NCBI GenBank assembly: GCA_051362555.1
Contig: CM120640.1
Span: 48,896,788-48,960,787 of the forward strand
DNA length: 64,000 nt
Direction: 5' to 3'
Source of the DNA: Lingula anatina
Taxonomy: Eukaryota; Animalia; Brachiopoda
In this document: piece after piece, positions 12,201-23,514 of the stretch
Position numbering within the stretch: position 1 is the first letter of the stretch
Layout of the letters: the number at the start of each line of letters is the position of its first letter
Translations under genes and position numbers: made by a program
The notes under the pieces: model-generated
Seen by the model: the letters and a program-made list of their open reading frames with translations, nothing else
Told to the model about the DNA's origin: nothing
Database searches by the model: none

Positions 12201-15200
12201 TAGAATGAGATTTTAAAAAACTGATGAGTCATCGCTATCGTAGAAGCAAACTAGTAGTAGTAAACGAGCATCCCACCAGCTACAATCACGACTCGCAGAA
12301 AATACTTCACATCATATTGGAGGTTAATCGATGTTAGGCTATAGTAGGGCTACATTTGCACAGATTACAAAGTAAGAATTAAAAAAAAAAGATTGGAAAG
12401 ATAATTAATACACTTCGAAATAAATCCAACTAAAACCTAAAAATAAAGAACGAAACATATTTCTTTAAATTTGACAGATGAGATGACATCAGCTACGACA
12501 GATAGCACTGCAGACTTCACAAACCTATTGATTTACTTACTTGCATGCACTAGTAAAAGTCGCAAAGAAAAAAAACAAACATCATGAAAACAACTCTAAT
12601 TTTAATAAGATTTTGCTCAAGGTATATATATGGATTAGGAGAGTTATTTTACATTCTGTAACACTGACTTAGCTTTCTGCCATGCGTAGAACTCTCATGC
12701 AGCCGCACTGTAGTAGTAGAGTAGTAATTAGTTACATGGATGAACATACGTGCTCCGATATACTTCAACTTTACTAATGGTGAATTGACGATTAAAAAGA
12801 GTTTTGTTATTCCATTTGAAAGGGTAGAACAACAGGAGAATAAGACTTGACCCTTAAGAAATATACATAAATGATAAAAGTCCATAATTGAAAAGTTTGT
12901 GCTAGTATGTCATTTGCAATTGTGTTTAAGATGGCTTTATACGTTTTGACTAAATTCATATTCGATTCTGTCTTATAGGAAGCATATGTCGCCTTTTTTT
13001 TCAAGTACACCCAAGCCCTTTGGCGAACGAGCACGGACCTGATTTATTGCAAACCCCTAGGTTACCTCAATAAAGACTGTCACAGTGGAAAAGTTATATT
13101 ATGAATAAGCCAGAGACATATCCGTGAATATCTAGTGAAAAATCAAACTGTGCCCCCCCTGGTAGTGGGTAAGGTTACCCCAGTGTAAAACCAGAGTAAA
13201 TTGCGCAGCGTCAGCTATGGAAGTAGCCACAAAGGGTTTACATAAAGGGGGGCTGTAATCATACAGTTTCGCACCAACACTGGGTACAGACTAAACCCGA
13301 TATCAAGTTGTCTTATGGTACGCTGCCCTTGTCACCCTGTATTGCCCCCAACTTAAAGAGTTTACTGCTCTCTTGACTTCTGCGGAAGAGCAGAAAGATA
13401 ACCGTCCGGACGTCTGAGCAAATATGATACTGATGGTAAAGCTGTTTAACCAATAAGTGGACGAATATGGGTCAAAGCATTGATTTCCTGCTATCAATTA
13501 TTCAGAAAATCAACTTTACGCCGTTACCAAAGTAGAACTGGGCATCGATACTAGATAGCGCCTCAATTAATTTACATGCATCCTCATAGGTAACAGTATT
13601 TGATGTGATATTGTTCTAAAGACTGGTGAGAACCGTATATCAATAATAAGTGTCTGTACAACATATTATGTGGGCGTATCGTTGTCAAGCTTACATTGCT
13701 TTGATGGGGAAATTATGATGTTTTTGTACTCGATATACCTTATGATACACACTGCCCATGTTAATATTACACGTGACATGTAGGTCAAATGTTGCAACAT
13801 AAGGGATGAGAGAACGCACGCACGCCCATGCCTACGGGCCAAGTAGCCTCTGGAGACGGGCGTATGTCACTTTCGGCGGGATTTGAGGTGCACTGCATTA
13901 CCCTCTGCATGAGGCAGTGACTCTCTGTCATTGTGAATAATGACGTAATTAACACATACATAATATCGAAAAGCGCTTTTTAATGCAAGGTAACTTAACG
14001 CATCTTTGGCCTGCAATGACGGACACATTAAACAAATAAACGGTAAAAATTATAGTCTGTCAATGAGTACCATAAATCGCTTAAAGCGGGCAAATTTAGC
14101 TTTCTTCACATTAATGTAGGTAAAACATATTTTGCTTTGGATTGGATTTTAGCGTGTTAGGGATAGACTCTTTCGTCTTGCCTAGCATCGAAACCCCTAA
14201 TTTGATCTGCGTAATCTTTCTCACTGATTGTGGTATTTATTTGAAGATTAAGTTGCTATGACATGGTTTTATCAATCAAACGACACTGTCAACAGGCAGG
14301 TATACAGATATTCCTGTCACAAAACGCATAAACGGAGACGGCGGTGACAGTTAGTTTTCGTGCAAGCATGGTCTGTATCACGGGTTCCCACGTATGCTGA
14401 GACAAGGACCCTTGTAAGATGACACAGACCATAATACAGAAGAGAATGATCTTTCAGAGTTGACCGGCGGCCCATTGATTTCTTCAGTGATCACTGAAAT
14501 TTCAAATTTAATGTTACAATTACACCCTTAATTATATTTATCCCCGCACTTTTGGGACAAAAGTCATGGATCATGTAATCTTTGTTTATGTCTTCATGGC
14601 AATGTTGCGGACCCGGGGGTTTACGTGTACTGAGTATATGTTTGCTTCACATCCTTCTTTACAACATCCTGATGTTAACGCACCCACAAAATAATTTCAA
14701 CATAAAACCAACTGCATTTGCATTTGAGAATAAATAGCAACCTGAGACGAGCGACGTGCTTTGCATAAATTAATTTCTGAATATAAGCATTTTGTTTGCC
14801 TTTAAATAAATGTCAGGTTAATGGGTAATCCTGTTATACAAAGTCCCACTCCCTGTTTAATAATCCCATAACTTCTCCTTTTCTCATCCCAGTGCCCGTA
14901 AAAAAAGTTGTGTTGATAAGAAGTTATGTGATATTAACCACGGCTGCAATGTCACGGTGACAGGGAGTGCCACAGAACAAGGCTTTCTTCTTAGTTAATT
15001 TTCTACAATGTCATGCTTAAACATTTTATATCACTTCCGACTCTCTTATGGAGACTGATGCTGTGCTTTTGATAAACAGCACTTAATAGCATATCTTTAT
15101 GTCTTAAAAATCTTCTGAGACATGGAATCAATGTTTTTTTTCTTTTGAAAAGTGGTGTATTGTGTGACAAAGAAGTCAATTATTTACTGATATTGGTTTA

Positions 15201-18200
15201 TCACTATTTAAATACTTTTCTTGCTGCTTAGAAAAGTAGTCTTTGTAATGAATTGCAATTTTGGATCCAAAGGTGCACTGGGTAAAAATCAATTAAAAGA
15301 GAGCTCGGTGTCTTTCCAGAACAACAACAACAACCGAACAAAGCACCTGTTGATCCAGAATATGATACATGGATTTAAAGAACTATCACGGGAAATCAGG
15401 GTATTGTCGTGTTTCTTTTATCAAAAGATGAGCTATGTGTCCTATTGCATTGCTTGCCGTGAAGCACTACAAACGGACGCTGACTTAATCATACTCTTGA
15501 CTGAGTCTTTTTAGCGAAAAATGCGGCACTGTCATAGACTAATCTTTTCGTATGACGGAACCCGTTAAGCAATGGTATGGCACGTCTAGACAACATCTTG
15601 ACCAATGTCGCTTGTCGAGGGTCGGTGATCATGACGGTTGAAGAGGCCACAAATATGTCAACTAGGTTGACATTGACAATATCCCCTTATACACTACAAG
15701 CCAAAAGAAGTATTCAAAAGCAAACATTGCTAGTCATTTTAAACAACCGGTTTGATGATACCAAAAGTAGCCAAAAATTTTGACTGGCCATTAAAGAAAG
15801 AAAAAAGCAGCTCTAAAATTTGGTCGATTTAAAAAGCAATATTTTTACGTCATATAGACAGTAAACAAGTAAATATTTACAAAAAAAGTCGAACTACAAA
15901 ATGTTATTAAAGTGAGTCAAAGCAAGGGTAAATCCATCCATTCTATTTCAGAGGAAAATATAAATAGGCAATATGCTAAGTCTCAAGCATGAATACTGGA
16001 CTTTTAAAGGTTTGCGGGTGGCACGTATTTCCGCTCTTGACGTTATCATGTAGATAGTTGCAACGTTACCTAATCTCCACCTGTCATTTATCATAAGCAG
16101 TAGGTGCCACGTTAAACAGTTGTCCCGCCGTTGTTCAAAGCTCAAATCATAAAAACGATTCGTACAATTCTTACTTTACAAACTACCAACATTAACGGCA
16201 TCAGCAACAGGTTATCAGCGGGCAGTGCACAGGTTCCTAACAAATACATGTATTAGGGTGAAATGCTTTTCCTCTCTCCCTATTTCAGGGTTATGCGAAC
16301 AGTGACACATTCACCAGGTCTTTAACCCATTACACAGCAACAGAAAGTACACAACTATCTTATCAAACGTCATTTTGTGACGTACCTATTCAATAAACGC
16401 ATTACATTACCGTTTTAAAAGCCCGATTACCTAACGTATCAAATTGCAAGCTTAATTCATACTTAAAATGTTTGAATTAAGGCCTATGTAAGTATACGTT
16501 GAATTACTGTTTCTTTCAGACCTTTGTGATCTTTAAAGGCAGAGTATGGTTATGAAATAAGAGCAGGCGATTCTGTTCAGTTGAAATTCACTGAGCCATA
16601 ACGCAATGCAAATTACCCTTAAGCCAGCGTTTTGATTGTAAGGTTAATATATGTTTATAGTTGGCCAGCCTTAATTGAGCGGCGCGTACATTCCTCGCGA
16701 TTTCGTTACACCCGAGCAAGCCTCTACTTTTCAATACACTTTGATTTTTGCTGTGTGGTGGAAATAATCAGATCCAGATCCAGATACATGCAAAGCCCAC
16801 CTGCAAGTCCTGACCATCCATTAATGCTTAATTTACATTTAATAGACTGCTTTAAAGTGAAGTATTCTCGCAAACTTCAGTGCCTTAAGTAACATCCTTC
16901 CTTCGCTTGAGTGGCACTATAACCGTTGTCTAAAAGCTTTTAAGAAGAAAATAAATTAACGATAAGATGCCTTGTTTAAAAAAATCGCACACCTGTTTGT
17001 AAGGGTTTATGGGACTTGGCGCTGGTATTGATTAGGACTATTACAGGTCGTCAAATATTGATACCGAATCTCCAGTATCAGATGAGTGTAATTAGGCTAT
17101 CTTTTCAAACCAGATGCCTTGCACTGAATTAAATGCTGCGATAGAGTAATTTTGTGCAAGTTTTGTTTGGCAGCTCCTCTCAACGAACTCTGAACTCTAT
17201 CAGATTTAATGTCTTCACAGTACAGCCTTCATTGCGCTAACAATGCCCAACAGTGTCCAGTTTAGGTTGGTCCACTGATCCATGACGCTGAGCACTACAA
17301 AGAACTTAATGCTTTGCCCTAGAAGAAAGGTAAGAACAAATCCTGACTTACCTATGACGGGAGGAGGCGCGCGACACACTCCATCACGCATGCTCAGAAT
17401 GTAATTGTTCCAGAACGCCATCTGGACGTGCCTGTACTTCTTGTGGCTGGAATGCTCATTTAAATCTGTCGTAAAGACAAAGTAGTTCTCATTCTTTGCT
17501 GTGAGTTTCTCCCATTTGGCTCTATTCTGCAGGTTACCAGGGGAACTTTTAAAGAAAATTATAAGAAGTGAATCAATATTGAATGATAAGATAAGGATAA
17601 GCATTTTCTTTTCTACCACATGCAACCCTTTCCTATTACTGATATACACGATGCAAATATCTCCATACGTCCCTTTTATGAAGTAAATAAATGATTAGTA
17701 AGTAAAATGATTAACTTCATTTTTGCTGTTAATTAGCCATGTCTCTTCGTACTGACGAAACTGAAAATTTTACAAAGCTAGGTGACAAAGTGACATGCGG
17801 TGAAATAATATGGTGCACAAATATTAATCACCAAAAGCGATTACAAATGAAATCGAAGATACAAAGCTAAAATTCGATACCACTTACTACATTATCTCAC
17901 TGAAATCTAACATCATTACACCAAGGAATTTTGAAATTTGCAAAAGTTAAGGATAGCAATAATAACGATGAAGGAAAAATAACCAAAGAGCACACTATAA
18001 AGTCTCTCAGAGGAAACATCTGTTTTTGTTGAAAACGTTAATAACGTATTTTATGGGTTTACATTTGGTACCAAAAAGGGCTGATTGAGTCCAGAAATTG
18101 CTTCTAAAAGGGAATTCTTATAGTAGTAGGTTTCATTTTACTTTCATCTAAATTGTCTTCTTCCGTCTGTAAATAAAACTTTTATAGCCATCCCTACCCT

Positions 18201-21200
18201 GCACCCGTTTACATGCCACTGATTAACGATTCTGATATAGCACCACAATATTTCAACTGTCCAAGAGAGCCCAGGTGCTCTAAATTAATAATAAACAAAC
18301 AAAAAATGCTTAGAGTTGTTCTAACGCGCTCTTCCATGCAACTTAAAAGCACTTTGATCTATTGCAGCCCCTTTGAATATTAACAGCTTTTGACGGCAAG
18401 AGAAAAGAGCGACTAAGTTTTGATGGATTCGGGGGCCCAAAGCTCATACCTGCAATCCAGGTGTGAAAGTACTCGGATATAAATTATAAGAGATAAGAAT
18501 CGTTTTGAAGTCACGAGGCTAGGTTAAGGGCTATCACTGGCTGGGCATAACTGACATTTCGACACTTAATGTGGCCCATTAGAAAAAGAGTTTTTACATG
18601 GTCAATACAGTGGGCTGGCTGTGAGGCTTCCCCCATCTGATGCATTTATATACGTACGTCTTGTCCAAATCATTACTTTTCACCAGGGGGTCTTTACCAG
18701 GTTCAACGGCCAACAAACTCTCCTCCCAGCCGTCCATGCTCCTGGAAATATACTTCATAATTCAGCCTTCCTTCTCACACCTCAGTATATGAAGAAGATG
18801 ATGATGGGTTTGGTGTCCCGTACACGCCATCATAGAACGCTGTGATTAAATTTTTTTCCAGACTGAAAGGGTTATCTCAGTATTTTAATCAGTGCATTCA
18901 CGGAAAAGCTGTATTACGTGCCTATACTACAAGAGTAGAAGAAACACCCTTCACCAACATGCAACCTGCTTTGGGTTAATATTATGTAGCATTCAGGTTA
19001 AAAGGCAGTTTTTATATAAAAAATACACTTCATGATTATCTAAAGCCGCTGCACTGACACATCCCTGTTTGTGTCTATCATTCATCTAGAATTCTCCTTT
19101 TTTGTCAGATTGCGTTCCTCTTCTGTGGGTACTTATAATATCAAACACCATATACGCTTGATGGGATTTTTAATGGACAAATGGAGTCGCGCGGAGTGTG
19201 AAGATAAGCTCGTTCACTAAAGCAAGGCAAAAAAGCTTTTCTGCTCTTGCACTGAACACTAAAATATTGCCAGAAGGCTTATATCATTTCAGTGTTGGGC
19301 ACTTAAACTACTGGGTGTTAAGAATGTTATACGTTTAATCCATTACTAAGTCAGGTAACCACCCTCGACTCCCTATAAAAATAGGCCTCCAAGATCAATA
19401 CTTGTAACAGGCCGTTTATGTATCACGCCGCTGGGAGGTCAAATTGAAACAGTTGAGCACAATTATGGTTGAATTCGATCTTTTCCCCTCAAGATACGAA
19501 ATCTATTGGAACCAGAAAAGCAGGCAGAAAAAGCGTCAAGACTGGAAATGATACACTAGATGCGCAGGCTCGTGTCGGCACTTCTGGGTTACTCATGCAA
19601 TCATGTCCTTCATGAAGTGTATCGCACATTTTTTGTTGGGTAAAACAATATCACCAGTCCCATTCCCGTTTCCATGCCGTTTAGATTAGAATAACCGCTT
19701 GTAAATTGAACGTAAACCTCTAGCAACTGTCGAAATGCGTACGCGGTCAGCCAGTATTTGCAAAGTTGATGGTGTAGTGATAGTATTTGGTGGCACTGAC
19801 TGGGTCATAAGTTTTGAATATAAAGCCCAAAATTTAAAATAAAACCCAGCTTTAAACAGTAAGACCCCCCTTTCACAGAGTTAAATAGCACCTGTGGCTT
19901 GCCTAGATATACCTAGCATTAGAAATTGTTCGAGTGTAAATACTCATCTGCCCAGGCAGCACTAAACAGGGGGCTATTTGGAAATTTAGACAACCACGGT
20001 TTCCATTTTAGACCAATCTATTAAGTGCTGAGAGGTGGGTGAAGCATGCAAGGCTTAGGTAGGTATGATAAACCCAAAGGGGAGCGTTAGTATGGGTAGT
20101 CAGATGAAAGATCTTCCGTACCCATTAATATGTTTATGCAGCAACAGGTGTGCGTGGAGGAACAGTAACAGAATGATGAATATAAAGCTTGCATGGATGT
20201 GCAAAAGCTAAATAAAAACTGTGCAAATAAACCCCTTATCAACTAAAACAGCAGAAGATAAACATCACAGCATGAAAGCGGCTTAAAGATAGTTTCGATA
20301 AGAAATGGGGAGCATGCAAAATAAAAGAGTTAACAAATGCAAAAGCGTCTACTAATGAAGGCTAAAAATGCAATATGTAATGCATAGGCCTACAACTTGG
20401 TGCACGTTAGGAATAAAACGTTAGTTCAAAAATATTGAATGACGCCAGACGTCTGGTCAATACTGAGCTGAAAAAGAGAATATTTTATATCTTTCTTTAT
20501 TAATTGAGTACATGCCTGCTCAGAAATATTAAAACTAAGACACTCTTTAAAATTTGGTATGAATCTGAAAAAAAAACGCAATAAAATTAAGAGAGATGTA
20601 CAAGAATCAATCAAGAGATATTTTTATGATTACACTGGTGACAAATTATCAAGGTAACTGAATGCAATAAAATCTGCGATTCAAGGTTCTGTCTTAGGAC
20701 TTGCTTGTAAAGTGTTTAAATGGTGGTTATTTGGTCATTTAATTAAAAGAGACAATATAAAAACATTATTTGAAATCATCTGTGGCAATATTGTTAATAT
20801 CTTGGACAGCAGCGACCAGCCACCTCCTACCACTGTCTATGGGCCCTGAAATACATAATAACTCTAGTCAGGGCAATACAATGGGTCAACTGGACTGAAA
20901 GAGAGACTCGCTGTTTAGTTGATTAGACCTGCATGGCCATTGTTGTAGAACACATCCAGTCGCAGTTTAAATCAGAGAAGTTTAGATTGGATTAGATAGG
21001 TACAGCAGTGGAGCCCAAAATAAAAACAGGATGAATGTTAACTTTAAGCGGGACCATGCCCAGCTTGGGACGGTATGAAGTCAAGTTTTATGAATGCACC
21101 TAAAATTGCCGGAGGAAAATACAATGTTTTATTTCCATCAAATTTCAACTCACGTTTACTTTTATAGAACACAAGAAAAATGACAACATTAACGCTAAAG

Positions 21201-21894
21201 CCAAAGAGTGTGTTTTGGTAGTTAAATAACGTAGACTATTTTTAAAGTCCATCAAATCATCGGAGGTTATTATTGTCCAACTCTTAAGTAATCCATATTT
21301 AAATATTCCCCACCAGACAACAATGGAACATTATTTGCCCGAGGAACTCCATTAATACTGGAATATGTATCTTCCATAACCTTACTAAGCAAATAAGCCC
21401 GTGTCACGGAGTGAGTTGATTAATGCAAAAAGGAGAATATATTATCGGCGTTAGTCGAGTCCCAAAAGTCTTGTCCGACTTCAATTTTACACGTGAATCC
21501 CTATTCTTAGCATTTCTTTTAATCAGTTAAAACATGTTGGCCATCTTTTCCTAAAGCAGGGCTTGAATAATTTATCTTTTGTATAGCATAAAATCGAATT
21601 TAAGACACACGAAACTCTAAGAAAACCGGCGCAGTTCTATACTCAGGGGTGCCACATTAAGTTTTCAAAACAGATGGGAGGACTAGACTCGTCTTTTTTT
21701 TCGAAGTCCGAATAAAAGACGAGGGTCTTGGGACCAACTTTACCTTAAGGCTGGGGTGTAGAGTAACCACCTGTAGAAAATTGTAAATTGAGATAAGTGT
21801 ATAAATGACATTTTGTGACATTAAAACAAGTAATAAATGGCGTGTTGATGAGAAATTATGCAATTCCCAAGGTAGGGGGGCAATGTCTGTATGT

Positions 21895-21931
<37 letters not shown>

Positions 21932-23514
21932 CGGGGGCGGTTACCCACTTCCCCAAATGAATCTTCATACTATACTTACTTCGTTTTAGCAAATCTCGTC
22001 CAAGCTCGCATCATGGCTACGGAAAGCTCATGGTCTTCAGCAGTGGTATTTTGTATTACGTATTTCATATAACCAAACACATAGTCATTTTCATCAGCGT
22101 GCGAGGCCTGAACAAAAGACGGAATGCTTTCGTTTGTGAGTTTATAAGAAGGGCGCTGTGAAAATTCATAAAAGTAAGTCACAGCTCCCGTCACTCTGTG
22201 GAGTGTTGCTGCTAAGTAGCTGGGGGCACCGATCGTATAGTCGGTCAAAAAATCAACCAGGGCAGCTTTTCTCTGAGTGTCATTCTGCACGCACGTGCTG
22301 TACTCCATCTCAGTCACCTTGGACACTTTGTCCACCACTTCTTCGTAGTCTCTTTTAACAGTATCCCGAATAGTGTCGGCAAGAATTTTTTGTGTTACCT
22401 CCTCCTCGGGTTTTAGATTTAGTTTATTTTCATATACAGGAAATCCATCGTGGCTATTGACTCCTATGACGTAAGGCACCAAGTTATAGGACAATGTGTG
22501 GAAAGTCGATAGGGGGTCACCAATGATAAAGTCACCATCGATGACAGGTAGCCACTGGTCATTCAGTTCTTCGGCCACCTGTCTAGAGATATTTAATAAT
22601 ACTTTTACATCAACCTCGAGTCTTAAACAATCAGCTTCCTCTATTGATGTGTTTCGTGTGCAATTCAGTCGCTCAGTCAAAGTCCGAGCCATTAGAGTGG
22701 AATTGTATTGTGTGATGTTAGGCATGAGAGCCACTCCGCTTTGTGATATGGATCTGTGGAATAGGGTTTTACTGCGAGGTGACAAGACGTGGAATGAGAC
22801 AGAGGCACCTCCGGCGCCCTGACCAAAAATTGTCACCTGGTTGGAATCCCCTCCAAAGTGACCGATGTTGTCCTTCAGCCATTCGAGGGATCTGAGTTGG
22901 TCAAGTAAACCGAAGTTCCCACCCATGTTAGCGTACTCGGAGCTAAGGAATCCTAGTACACCTAGTCTATAATTGACCACGACTATAATCACGCCCCCCT
23001 CCATTGCTAACCAATGCCCCCCATACATCATGGAGGAGCCTTGTTGAAACCCTCCGCCATGAAAGTACACCATGACAGGGAGTTTGAGCTCGGCGGGATT
23101 GACCCATTTCTTCAAATTCCTTGGCACATAAATATCCAGAAAAAGGCAATCCTCACTGGTGAAATTGTGCTGAATTCTAGCTTTAAATACTTCTGGGTTC
23201 ATCCGTTGTTTCCACAGCGTTGTATTTTGGGGGCAAATATTTCCATGTTCTACTACATCCATGATACGATTCCACCCTAAGTGAGGTACAGGGGGACGAA
23301 ATCGTAGATGTCCAATAGGAGGAGCGGCATATGGGAGACCAAGAAACTGACTGATGTAGGCTTTGGGTTGTCCCACTCCTTTTTCTACAACCTCCCCTCG
23401 CACTTGGCCGCTGTTGGTCGCAATAATCACGTAATCTTTCAGTGCCCATGTCACCGATACCGCAGTAGTCAAAAATACCAGTAGGTATAGCACCGTTGAA
23501 GCTACGTTATACAT
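9296..23514 (-). CDS. Neuroligin-like, catalytically inactive carboxylesterase/cholinesterase-fold type I membrane protein (~741 aa). Exons 23514-21980, 17545-17352, 11703-11644, 9732-9296
   Basis: Signal peptide; FLGLPYAAPPIGHLRFRPP, SEDCLFLDIYVP, YFHGGGF, NYRLGVLGFL, FGGDSNQVTIFGQGAGG (Ser replaced by Gly), SHADE, WTRFAKT. Splice phases 2/1/1 join the separate ORFs in frame to a TM helix (VFLILFIILLVVIILVLCWI), basic stop-transfer RYKKK and an acidic tail ending HATDV*. Confidence 0.85.
10014..10188. mobile_element. TWA-targeting MITE, internally deleted copy of the window-wide family
   Basis: Ends gaccccagtcccatagatatttagatcgatc / gatctaaatctctgggaatgcagtc; internal blocks match copies at 37353-38072 and 31318-31531. 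Confidence 0.8.
21898..21931. repeat. G34 homopolymer (poly-C on the transcribed sense strand)
   Basis: Directly visible, ~50 nt into intron 1 of the neuroligin-like gene. Confidence 0.9.

Noticed and set aside
18697-18840. Exon-like GC-richer segments in neuroligin-like intron 1
   Set aside because: The AG/GT-bounded pieces I tried are frame-shifting (44 nt) or contain a stop in the required phase.
21657-22072. Poly-Pro and poly-Gly ORFs
   Set aside because: Translations of the intronic G34 run.
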